NCBI GenBank assembly: GCA_965603295.1
Contig: CBFDCL010000002.1
Location: 1 to 52,325, forward strand
Source of the DNA: an uncultured bacterium
GTDB lineage: Bacteria > BMS3Abin14
Direction: 5' to 3'
DNA length: 52,325 nucleotides
Numbering within the stretch: the stretch's first letter is position 1; the number at the start of each line of letters is the position of its first letter. Under the pieces are notes generated by a model, which had not been told where the DNA came from, made no database searches, and saw nothing but the letters and a program-made list of their open reading frames with translations. Made by a program: the position numbers and the translations under genes. Positions 21,273 to 30,800 of the stretch are shown in pieces.

Positions 21273-22240
21273 TGGCACGGGTTCGAGAGGGATCAAAGGG
21301 ACACGATCCAGCGATCCTTCTCATCTCTCAGGAACCGTTCCTGTTAAGGGAACAGGAGGAACGGATTCGCGATGAGCTTGTCCCACCGGAAAGCAGGGAT
21401 ATGAATTATCTGATGCTTTACGGTTGGGAAACCGGGATCACCCCTATTATTGAATTCCTCCAGACCATGCCTTTTCTCGCGGACCGTCGTCTGCTTGTGC
21501 TCCGTGAAGTTCAGTCCCTCGATGAGCCCGAACATCTCATCGAATATCTCAAGGACCCGAACCCTTCGTCATGTCTTTTCATGACCTCCTCGGAGCTGAA
21601 GAGGAAAGACGCCCTTTTCAGGGCCCTCTCTCCCCTGGCCCGATCGTCCGAACTGAGAAAACCACCGGGGCCGATGGCCAAGTGGGTCGCGGCGCGATTT
21701 GCCCGATCCGGAAAGTCCATTGAAAGGGAGTTGGCCGACATCCTCGTTCAGATCACCGGGGGAGATATGTCCATCCTCGCAACGGAGATAGACAAAGTGG
21801 TCCTGTTTTCCGGTGACCGGGAACGGATCTCCCGAGAGGATCTTTCGGTAAGTGTCCCCGGCGGGGTTGAGGTCGTGTTCAACTTCCTGGATTCCGTGGG
21901 TGATGGGGACCGTGAAAAGGCGATCATCTCCGGCAGGAAACTCCTGGAAGACGGGAATCCGCCGGAATACCTGGTCCATATGCTTGCCTGGTACTTCAGA
22001 CAACTTATCAGGGGCAGGGAACTGCTGGATTCGGGTCTGTCGCCAAAAAATGCGGCCGAAAAGATGGGGAAAAACTATCCGGCCATTCGAGACAAGTTCG
22101 CCCGCCATATCGGGCGGGCGACTGAGGAAAGGCTCATCAAAGGTATGAGAACCCTTTCTGACTGCGATCTTGAACTGAAACGGGGCACGATCCCGAATGG
22201 GATCGTGCTGGACCGCCTCTTACTCAACCTATTCCGGTGA
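21272..22240 (+). CDS. holA: DNA polymerase III subunit delta
   Basis: EPFLLRE, TMPFLADRRLLVL, EIDKVVLF, CDLELKRG; synteny. Confidence 0.9.
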   Translation: MARVREGSKGHDPAILLISQEPFLLREQEERIRDELVPPESRDMNYLMLYGWETGITPIIEFLQTMPFLADRRLLVLREVQSLDEPEHLIEYLKDPNPSSCLFMTSSELKRKDALFRALSPLARSSELRKPPGPMAKWVAARFARSGKSIERELADILVQITGGDMSILATEIDKVVLFSGDRERISREDLSVSVPGGVEVVFNFLDSVGDGDREKAIISGRKLLEDGNPPEYLVHMLAWYFRQLIRGRELLDSGLSPKNAAEKMGKNYPAIRDKFARHIGRATEERLIKGMRTLSDCDLELKRGTIPNGIVLDRLLLNLFR

Positions 22241-22501
22241 GGGCGTCGAGTTAACCCTTCTGGATAGCCTGGAAATCTTCCTGAAGGCTGTGTTTCTGTG
22301 GATGGTCCCGGCAGAAGCGGCTTTTTGTATGGCCGGGACGGCGCGTCCGAGGGCTCCCAAAGCTTCTTCCCGGTTACCGCTTTCAACGGCTGAAAGCACC
22401 TCTTTAGTCAGCGTTTTTATCCTCGTGCGCCTCACCTGATTGAGCAGCTTTTTCTTGTTGTTTTGCTTGTTTCTCTTAATGGCGGACCTGTGGCTTGCCA
22501 A
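22229..22501 (-). CDS. rpsT: 30S ribosomal protein S20
   Basis: MASHRSAIKR, IHRNTAFRKISRL; SD AGGAGG upstream on the minus strand; 12-bp convergent overlap with holA. Confidence 0.96.
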   Translation of the reverse strand: MASHRSAIKRNKQNNKKKLLNQVRRTRIKTLTKEVLSAVESGNREEALGALGRAVPAIQKAASAGTIHRNTAFRKISRLSRRVNSTPSPE

Positions 22502-22578
22502 TTATTACCTCCTGGTTCAATATCGTCACTGATACGGCGAAAGATTGCAAATAACCAGAAAAGGACAGATTTGTCAAC

Positions 22579-24162
22579 ATGAACAAGGCAAAAGGAAACG
22601 TTGACAAAACCTCCATCGTGCGCAGCGCGGGTGTCGTCGGGGGAGCTACGATCGTCAGTCGGGTTCTCGGGCTGGTCCGTGATGCGGTCCTCGCGTCCAT
22701 GCTCGGTGCAACTCTCTGGGCGGACGCCTTTTTTGTCGCTTTCCGGATCCCCAACCTGGCGCGACAGCTTTTCGGTGAGGGTGCCCTCGCGGCCAGTTTC
22801 ATACCTGTTTATACCGACGTCATTCAGAAAGACGGTAAAGAGTCAGCGCGGCGTTTTTCCGGACACATGTTTTCCATTCTGCTTCTTTCCCTGACCGGGC
22901 TGGCCATTGCCGGGGTTCTTTTTGCCCCGGGGATCGTTCGCCTGATCGCCCTGGGGTTTGATCCAGGTTCCAGGATCTTTGAGACGACTGTTCTGCTCAC
23001 CAGATGGATGCTGCCTTACATGGTTTTCATCTGCGCCGCCGCCCTGGGGATGGGTATCTTAAACAGCCATGGCCATTTTCTCATCCCTGCCATCGCCCCG
23101 GCCCTTTTAAACCTCTCCATTATCTTTTTTGCGCTACTGGTGGCTCCGTCCCTTTCGATGCCGGTTCTTGCCCTCGCATGGGGAGTCCTTGTCGGAGGTG
23201 TTCTCCAGCTGCTGATTCAGTACCCACCGATGAGGCGCATGAACGCCGCTCCCCCCGTACGGCTTCCAATGTTCACTCCGGAGGTAAAACGGGTGGGAGT
23301 GATGATGGGGCCGGCCATTCTGGGTGTAGCCGTTTATCAGATCAACATCCTTGTGGACACCGTCCTGGCTTCTTTTCTGCCTACCGGAAGCATCACTTAT
23401 CTCTGGTATGGCAACCGGATGATGCAGTTTCCCCTGGGTGTCTTCGGAATCGCTCTCGCGACGGCCGCCCTCCCAACCCTTTCGCGCCAGGTTTCAGATG
23501 GTCGCCGGGACGATTTTTCAAAGACGGTCTCCTTCGCCCTGAGCCTGACGGTTTTTGTCGGCTTTCCGGCCGCCATTGGACTCATGGTTCTCCGGGACCC
23601 GATCATGGCAACCCTCTTCGGTCGGGGCGCATTCACCGCAGTGGATGTTCTGGGAGCAGGAAAGGCCTTGCTCTATTATTCCGCCGGGCTCCCGTTTTTC
23701 ATCGGGGTCAAGATTTTGGCCCGTGCCTTTTTCGCCCTGAAGAATACGAGGATCCCGTTTACGGCTGCGGCGATGGCTTTCTTCGTTAACGCGGTTCTGG
23801 ACATAGTGCTCATGGGGCCGATGGGATTCTCGGGCCTGGCCCTGGCCACCTCTCTGGCTTCCGCTTTCAATTTTCTGCTGCTGGCGCGGTCATTAACCCG
23901 GCGGGTTGGAAAAGTGTGGATGGGTTCGGGTCTTTTCCGGGAGACCATCGGTTCCCTAGGGGCCGCTGTGGTCATGTTTGGGGCTGTCTCCCTGGTTGCC
24001 CGGCCCGTGTCCTGGATGGCGATCCCTATTGCCCAAAGAGCCGGATGGTTGTGCGGTTGTCTGGGTCTGGGGATTGGTGTATACTTCATCGCATCCTATG
24101 TTTTCGGATGTAACGGTCTGAAAACGTTGAAAAAGAGACTCGTTAACCGCTCGAGCCCGTGA
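22579..24162 (+). CDS. murJ: Lipid II flippase MurJ
   Basis: SRVLGLVRD, DAFFVAFRIPNLARQLFGEGAL, RMMQFPLGVFG, RAFFALKNTRIP. Confidence 0.96.
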   Translation: MNKAKGNVDKTSIVRSAGVVGGATIVSRVLGLVRDAVLASMLGATLWADAFFVAFRIPNLARQLFGEGALAASFIPVYTDVIQKDGKESARRFSGHMFSILLLSLTGLAIAGVLFAPGIVRLIALGFDPGSRIFETTVLLTRWMLPYMVFICAAALGMGILNSHGHFLIPAIAPALLNLSIIFFALLVAPSLSMPVLALAWGVLVGGVLQLLIQYPPMRRMNAAPPVRLPMFTPEVKRVGVMMGPAILGVAVYQINILVDTVLASFLPTGSITYLWYGNRMMQFPLGVFGIALATAALPTLSRQVSDGRRDDFSKTVSFALSLTVFVGFPAAIGLMVLRDPIMATLFGRGAFTAVDVLGAGKALLYYSAGLPFFIGVKILARAFFALKNTRIPFTAAAMAFFVNAVLDIVLMGPMGFSGLALATSLASAFNFLLLARSLTRRVGKVWMGSGLFRETIGSLGAAVVMFGAVSLVARPVSWMAIPIAQRAGWLCGCLGLGIGVYFIASYVFGCNGLKTLKKRLVNRSSP

Positions 24163-24623
24163 TGGACGACTCCTATTTTACAGTGGACTTTGAATTGGGG
24201 AAAATCGTCGTTTACACGGGTCCCGGGGAAGAGATCCTGGGGGTCAATTTTGACCTCGAGGGCAGGGTTCGCACACGCCCCTCCGGGTGCCTAGCCGCCG
24301 TATTGTTCTCCGGGTACTTCCGAGGTGAAAATCTTCTCCTTGACCTTGAGGCCGATCTCAAGGGGGAAACAGCGTTCCGGCGAAAGGTTTACAGGAGGGT
24401 CCAGGACATCCCCCTCGGTCAAACCCTGGGGTACGGTGAGATCGCTGGCCAGGTAGGATCCCCGGGAGGGGCGCGCGCGGTGGGCCAGGCTATGGCCGCC
24501 AACCGGTTCCCCCTGATCATCCCATGTCACAGGGTTATCTCGGGAAATGGGGGTATCGGGGGTTTTTCATCCGGTATCGATCTGAAAAAGTACCTGCTTC
24601 AGCTGGAAGGGGCCGCGTTCTGA
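24159..24623 (+). CDS. ogt: Methylated-DNA--protein-cysteine methyltransferase
   Basis: IPLGQTLGYGEIA, ARAVGQAMAAN, active-site IIPCHRVI. Confidence 0.94.
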   Translation: MMDDSYFTVDFELGKIVVYTGPGEEILGVNFDLEGRVRTRPSGCLAAVLFSGYFRGENLLLDLEADLKGETAFRRKVYRRVQDIPLGQTLGYGEIAGQVGSPGGARAVGQAMAANRFPLIIPCHRVISGNGGIGGFSSGIDLKKYLLQLEGAAF

Positions 24624-25057
24624 AAGCGATGCTCCAGAGGGTCAGCCGGTGTGAAGTCCACGTCGGGGGAAAATTGATCGGGTCCATCGGACCCGGCATC
24701 CTTGTTTTTATTGGTATCGGCAGGAACGACACCCATGAGGATGCTTCCCGCCTCGCTGCGAAGGCGTCCTCCCTCAGAATCTTCGAGGATGATAAAGGAA
24801 GGATGAACCTCCCGCTGGTGGCTGTCGAGGGCGAGATGATGGTGGTCCCCCAGTTTACGTTGATGGCCGATACCAGCGGTGGAAACCGCCCGGGTTTCGA
24901 GGAAGCCGCCCCGCCGGGCCCGGCGAAAATCCTGTACGAGAAGTTTACGACATCACTCCGGTCTCTGGGAGTTCCCGTGAAGACAGGTGAGTTCGGGGCG
25001 GATATGGAAGTATCTCTCGTAAATGACGGTCCGGTGACCATTCTTCTTGAGTCCTGA
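24620..25057 (+). CDS. dtd: D-aminoacyl-tRNA deacylase; probable CTG start at 24620 (first ATG at 24629)
   Basis: (L)KAMLQRV aligns with the family N-terminus M[RK]A[VL][VIL]QRV; PQFTL, GNRPGF, GEFGADMEV, NDGPVT. Confidence 0.95.
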   Translation: MKAMLQRVSRCEVHVGGKLIGSIGPGILVFIGIGRNDTHEDASRLAAKASSLRIFEDDKGRMNLPLVAVEGEMMVVPQFTLMADTSGGNRPGFEEAAPPGPAKILYEKFTTSLRSLGVPVKTGEFGADMEVSLVNDGPVTILLES

Positions 25058-25069
25058 TGACTCGAGAAG

Positions 25070-25260
25070 AATGGAGTGCAGAAGGTCAGAGTTTGAAAGT
25101 TTGAAAGTTTGGAAGTTTGAGGGTTTGAAGTTTGAGGTTTGAAGTTTGAAGTTGCGAGACGCCATCTGTTATTCGGGATGGGTGACGGGGGACTGGTTTT
25201 CCCCGATCACTGATCACGAATCACTAATCACTGTTTTTTTGAAATCTGGAATTTGAAATT
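25070..25260. repeat. Intergenic 7/8-bp repeat mosaic R1
   Basis: AGTTTGAA/AGTTTGAG octamers, TTTGAAG/TTTGAGG heptamers, a spacer, GATCACT/AATCACT heptamers, a T-run and GAAATTT-type heptamers. Confidence 0.9.
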
Positions 25261-25297
25261 CAGTGTCAGCATCGTTGGATCAGAAAGAAAGGGTATT

Positions 25298-25930
25298 ATG
25301 AGTGCATTGAGGGTTGAACATCTTATGGTTGGTCCTCTCCAGGCCAACTGCTTCATCGTAGGAGATGAAGTTTCGGGAGAAGCGGTGGTCATTGATCCCG
25401 GCGGGGACGGTGACGCTGTCCTTTCCGTCATAGGGAAAAGGCCTTGGAAAGTGGTTGCGGTGCTCAATACCCACGCCCATTTCGACCACACGGGCGCCAA
25501 CGGCACCCTGACCAGGAAAACCGGGGCTCCCCTGATGATCCCCAGGGATGACGCTCCCGACCTTCCGTTGGCACACCTGGCAGCCCGGTTGTACGGGCTG
25601 GAGGAGAAGGAATCCCCGCCTGCCGACCGGATCCTCGAGGAAGGGGATGTGATCCGGGTCGGGGATGAGGAGATCCATGTTCTTTCAACCCCGGGACATA
25701 CTGTTGGGGGGGGAGCTTTTGTCACATCCATAGGCGTATTCTCCGGGGACTCTTTGTTCGCGGGATCCATTGGCAGGTCGGATCTCCCGGGGGGCGATTA
25801 TGATACACTTATCAATTCCATAAAGGAAAAGATCCTTTCCCTGTCAGATGACACACCGGTCTATCCGGGCCATGGACCTGCAACCACGGTTGGAAGGGAA
25901 CGCGCCACGAACCTGTTCCTTCAAGACTAG
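25298..25930 (+). CDS. MBL-fold metallo-hydrolase (glyoxalase II / YcbL-like)
   Basis: GPLQANC, IDPG, THAHFDH, TPGHT, SGDSLF, PGHG. Confidence 0.93.
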   Translation: MSALRVEHLMVGPLQANCFIVGDEVSGEAVVIDPGGDGDAVLSVIGKRPWKVVAVLNTHAHFDHTGANGTLTRKTGAPLMIPRDDAPDLPLAHLAARLYGLEEKESPPADRILEEGDVIRVGDEEIHVLSTPGHTVGGGAFVTSIGVFSGDSLFAGSIGRSDLPGGDYDTLINSIKEKILSLSDDTPVYPGHGPATTVGRERATNLFLQD

Positions 25931-25970
25931 GATCTTGTTTTTCGGTTGGATGATCCGGAGGGAAAAAGGG

Positions 25971-27191
25971 ATGAATGAGGGAAAAGATCAGAGGCTTCAG
26001 GGGAGGAAGGTCCTGCTCGGCGTCACGGGGGGGATCGGTGCCTACAAGGCCGCTGAAATGGTTCGGGCCTTTGTGAAAGAGGGCGCCGATGTGTCCGTGG
26101 TCATGACCCAAAATGCCACCCGTTTTATCTCACCGCTTACAATGGGGACGTTGAGTAAAAACCTGGTGGCGCTTGACATGTTCTCCCTTACGGAAGAGAC
26201 ATCCATCGGGCACATTGAACTGGCTCAGGCTGCCGATGTTTTCGTGGTTGCGCCCGCCACCGCGAACTATATCGGAAAGGCAGCACGGGGTATTGCCGAC
26301 GATCTGTTAACCACCGTTTCCCTCGCCATCCGATGCCCGATGGTAATCGCCCCCGCCATGAACTCCAGGATGTGGTCCCATCCCGCGGTTTCGGAAAACA
26401 TCGAGACTCTGAGGTCGAGGGGGACGACGGTCGTTCTTCCCGAGGAAGGGGAACTGGCCTGCGGTGAGGAGGGACCGGGTCGGTTGGCCGGTCTTGAGAG
26501 GATCGTGGAGGCTGTTGTCGAAAGTTTGTCCGGAGGCGACCTGGGGGGGATCCGGATCCTGGTAACCGCTGGCCCGACGAGAGAACCGGTTGACCCGGTG
26601 CGTTTCCTCGGTAACCGATCCTCCGGAAAAATGGGGTACGCGCTGGCAGAAGCCGCGGCCCGCAGAGGAGGGGATGTGACCCTGATCTCTGGTCCGGTTG
26701 AACTGGCAGCCCCCCCCATGGTGTCCAGGATCAGCATCACAACAGGGCAGGAGATGTTCAGCGAGGTGAAAGAGGCCCTTGCCCGCTCGGACTGGCTCAT
26801 TATGGCTGCTGCAGTGGCCGATTTCCGACCCGTGAGGACAAACAAGGAAAAAATCAAGAAGGAAGGACAAGATTCCCTGATTCTCGAACTGTCGAGGAAC
26901 CCCGATATCCTGGGGGAGGTTTCCCCTTTAAAGGCGGGTCGGCTTTTCGTCGGTTTCGCCGCGGAGACCGAAAATGTTATTGCCCAGGCGAAAAAGAAGA
27001 TCCGGAAAAAGGGCCTGGACCTCATCGTCGCCAACGATGTTTCCAGGGAAGATACGGGCTTTCATTCTGATGACAACATCGGCACCATTATCGATACCAA
27101 CGGCAACATGGAGCACCTGCCGAAGATGTCCAAAAGGGTGATGGCGGAAAAGATCCTGGACAGCGCCCTTAAACTCTGGCTGAAGAAGTGA
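25971..27191 (+). CDS. coaBC: Phosphopantothenoylcysteine decarboxylase/ligase
   Basis: GVTGGIGAYK, APAMNSRMW, LACGEEGPGRL, TAGPTREPVDPVRFLGNRSSGKMG, AAVADF, GFAAET. Confidence 0.97.
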   Translation: MNEGKDQRLQGRKVLLGVTGGIGAYKAAEMVRAFVKEGADVSVVMTQNATRFISPLTMGTLSKNLVALDMFSLTEETSIGHIELAQAADVFVVAPATANYIGKAARGIADDLLTTVSLAIRCPMVIAPAMNSRMWSHPAVSENIETLRSRGTTVVLPEEGELACGEEGPGRLAGLERIVEAVVESLSGGDLGGIRILVTAGPTREPVDPVRFLGNRSSGKMGYALAEAAARRGGDVTLISGPVELAAPPMVSRISITTGQEMFSEVKEALARSDWLIMAAAVADFRPVRTNKEKIKKEGQDSLILELSRNPDILGEVSPLKAGRLFVGFAAETENVIAQAKKKIRKKGLDLIVANDVSREDTGFHSDDNIGTIIDTNGNMEHLPKMSKRVMAEKILDSALKLWLKK

Positions 27192-27221
27192 GCCGGGGAA
27201 GAGAAGGATGACGCGAAGCAT

Positions 27222-27899
27222 ATGTCCCACTTGAAGAGGATCTACCTGGAATCAATCGGTCTCGAATATCAGCCGTTCCCCGGAATCGGGAGGCCGGGAG
27301 AGCCCTGCAGCCAATCTTTGGGAAAGGGGGCCGCCCTGGAAGCGCTGAGGGGCGAGATCGGTGATTGCCGGAGGTGTCCCCTTTCCACGGGAAGAAAAAA
27401 CCTTGTTTTCGGAAACGGAAACCCCGATGCGGAACTTGTGTTCGTGGGAGAGGCACCGGGAAGAGAGGAGGACATTCAGGGAGAGGCGTTCGTGGGGAGC
27501 GCCGGCCAGCTTCTCACGAGGATCATTGGCGCCATGGGCTTGTCGAGGGAACAGGTATACATCTGCAATGTGATCAAATGCCGCCCGCCGGGGAACAGGG
27601 ATCCGCTCCCCTCGGAGATTGAAAGATGCGAACCTTTCCTGAAGAGGCAGCTCGATATACTCGATCCGCGGATCATCTGCGCTCTGGGCAGTTTCGCCGC
27701 CAGAACGCTTCTGAGAACCGAGGAGAGGATTTCCCGGCTGCGGGGCAGGGTCCTGGAGTATAACGGGATCCCCCTTGTCCCCACTTACCACCCCTCGTAT
27801 CTTCTGAGGAACCCGCATGCCAAGCGTGATGTGTGGATGGATATCCAGAAGATAATGGGAATTCTCGGTCTGGCCGTTGCCGGGGAAGACGGCGGCTGA
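27222..27899 (+). CDS. Family-4 uracil-DNA glycosylase ([4Fe-4S])
   Basis: CRRCPL, VGEAPG, YICNVIKCRPPGNRDP, C at ERCEP, PTYHPSYLLR. Confidence 0.94.
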   Translation: MSHLKRIYLESIGLEYQPFPGIGRPGEPCSQSLGKGAALEALRGEIGDCRRCPLSTGRKNLVFGNGNPDAELVFVGEAPGREEDIQGEAFVGSAGQLLTRIIGAMGLSREQVYICNVIKCRPPGNRDPLPSEIERCEPFLKRQLDILDPRIICALGSFAARTLLRTEERISRLRGRVLEYNGIPLVPTYHPSYLLRNPHAKRDVWMDIQKIMGILGLAVAGEDGG

Positions 27900-30800
27900 G
27901 CCGTTCGCAGCGCGATCCCGCAGGGACATTAGGCCTACTTTGAAGAGACGTATCCTGGCATTTCTCATCATCCTCGTGCTTACAGCTCTCACCATCGGCA
28001 TGGGGCTGGCAACCAGCCCGGAGGTGGACCGGTGGATTCGGGATGCAATCGTCGGGCAGCTGGAAAAACACCTTGAGGTGAAGGTCCGGCTGGGTGGTTT
28101 TGAGAGAAACCTGTTCCTGACAAGGGTGACCTTTACGGATGTCACCTTAAGCGATCTCGATGGAACGGGAAGGTCCGTCACAACCACCAGACTCTCCATA
28201 TCTGTCGATCCCTATGCTTTCCTCAGGGGGACCCTGTACCTGAAAACGGTTCGGCTTGAGGGGGTTTCTCTCGATGTAACGAGAAAACACGACGGGACAG
28301 TCCGAATCGAACCTTTATCCCCGTTCCAGCTTGCAAGAGAGGGTGACGGGGGACCTTCCTTTCCCATGAGATTTGAGATCGGAGAGATCATCCTTGTTGG
28401 CGGAGGTGTCTCTTTTTCGGATGAACCGTACGGCCTGGCCCTGGAAATGGAAGATGTGGCTATTTCCGTCACGCGGGGACGTTTCACCCCGAAGAGCTGG
28501 AGAAATGCCACCATAAGGACAGGGGGAGGAGAAGTCAGCTGGCGGGGACTGGGGGAAGGTTTCCCGGTCCGGTTCCGTTCCTTTCGCGCTGACCTCGTTT
28601 ACACCCCGGCGGAGCTTCGTATCAAGGGGGTCCAGATCTCCGGGGGGCCCCTCAACTTGAACCTTTCCGGGCAGCTGCCGTTCCTGAAAAACGGTGAATT
28701 CCACGGGGAGGCTTCCCTTATTGTGGATCTGGATCAGCTACCATGGCTGCCGGGGGGCACAGGGGGGCAAGTCAGCCTTGATGGGAATGTGGGCGGGAAC
28801 CCTCTTGACCCTTCTTTCAAAGGACAGTTGCGCGGACGGGATCTTCATGTGGCCGGCCGGGACCTTCACGACCTCGAGGCGGGGATATCCATCGGCCTGC
28901 CCGGATGTCGGATCGCCGATGCCAGGGTTGTGTACAGGAAAGAGGTTGTTCGGGGACATGGGGAACTTCGCTTTCAGGCAGGTTTTCCATACGAACTGGT
29001 GGCGGGAGCCCATGGTTATCCCCTTTCAAAACTGATAGAGGAGGTCCGCGGGGGGGCCCTTTCTTTGGAAGGTTCCGTGAACGCTGACCTGATGGTATCA
29101 GGGAACCTTTCCGGGGGAGGCACCTCCATCGCCATGGAGGGCGAGATTGAAGTGCCGTTAGGCGCGGAGGGGACATCCCCGGCCAGGTTCCGTCTTACGG
29201 GCATGTACGAAGGGGCTGCCCTTGAAGGTCTTGATCTGGTTCTCGAAACGGGTAGCCTCCATCTGGGGGTGACCGGATCGTTGAGGGCCGGAGGCCCTGA
29301 TCTCAGGGTTTTTGCTGAGGAAACGGACCTCGGGCGGTGGGGTGTTTTCCCCGTAGCCGGTGGGATAACAGGTTCCGTGACCCTGGACGGGGAAGTTGGG
29401 GGTCAATGGAAAGAGGTTGAAGGGAAGATCGACGCCACCGTAAAAAAGCCGGAGTTGGGGCGTTTTTCAGCGGACCTCATGGTAGCTCATCTGGATATCG
29501 ACAGGGCAGGCGTAAGCCTCCCCATGCTCTCTTTGGAAACGGGATCATCCTCCCTTGTGGGACAGGGGAGCTTCCCCTGGAGCCGGAAACCCGGAGAGCA
29601 GTGGTTTGTAGTGGAGATTTCGGAAGGAAATGTGGAGGATCTGATGCACTCGGCCGGTTTCGAGGCCGTTCTTTCGGGCCAGATTGATGGGCGTGTCGAA
29701 GCCGTGTCCGGTCCATCGGGGTGGGAAGCGGACGGCCGGGCCCTTCTGCGGTCAGGTGCTGTTCTTGAGGAGAATTTTGACGAGATCCAGACGGAGGGTA
29801 CGTTTGGAAACGGGACCCTGAAACTGAATAAGGTCCGGATTCTGAAGAATGAACGGGTCATCCTGGGAAAGGGGAGTGTCTCGAAGGGAAGGTACGAAGC
29901 CGTGTTTCGTTCCGGTGATCCGGTTCTTCTCGAGGACGTTCGCTACCTTCGGAAGCTTAAGGTGTTTCTCGCCGGCAACGTCGATGTGGAGGGGACCGTC
30001 CAGGGGAAACTCGATGGAAGCGAACTGGACGTTCAGGCGAAAATGTCCTGGGATCAGGCCTCCTTTGAGGGGAGAACATGGAGGAGCGGGGATGCCCGTG
30101 TACGGATCCGGGACCGGGAACTGACGGCCACCGCCAATCTCCTTGATGGGATCTTCACGGCTGATGCAAAGACCAGCCTGGGAGGGGATTTCCCTTTTTC
30201 CGGCACTATCCGGACCCTGCAGACAGCCGACCGAGAAGCCCTGAACGATCTCCTTGGCGTACGAATTCCTGCTGATGCCGTTTCCATGACCCTCCTGGCC
30301 GAAGCGCAGGCCTCCGGTTTTCTGAAGAGCCTGAAAAAAACACGGGTGAAAGGGACCATCGGTCGAGGTGATCTGAAGATCAGGGGGATCAATTTCCGTT
30401 CGGATGAGAACATCAATTTTACCTATTCCCCGAAGGTTGGAATCCGGTTTCTGGATGCGACCCTCTGGTCGGGGGAGTCGGTGGTGGCCGGGACCCTTCT
30501 TATCGCTCCGGGTGCTGCCATAGAGGGAAGCCTGAAGGGCAACGTTGACCTCCGGGGCTTCTCTTTCCTGAAGCCCTCCGTCCATCAGTTCTCGGGTCTT
30601 GCACTGGTTCAGCTTCAGGTGACCGGTACTCTTTCCCAACCGGTTCTGAACGGTTCCATCCGGCTTCAGGGAGCCCAATGTGTCGCATCCATCCCTTTCG
30701 ACCTTCCCGTCCGGGGGTTGACGGGTGAACTGGAGATCGTGGGGAACCGCCTGCGGTCCGGCGGGATAACCGGGGAATCCGGAGGAGGAACAATCCGCAT

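Noticed and set aside
22229-22240. 12-bp convergent overlap of holA and rpsT
   Set aside because: Short tail-to-tail overlaps at this conserved locus are ordinary.
22549-22577. Minus-strand TTGACA upstream of rpsT
   Set aside because: No convincing -10 hexamer at a 16-18-nt spacing, so it is not listed as a feature.
25070-25260. Repeat tracts as a possible CRISPR array
   Set aside because: Units are 7-8 bp and tandem, with no 23-47-bp repeats separated by unique spacers, and no cas genes.
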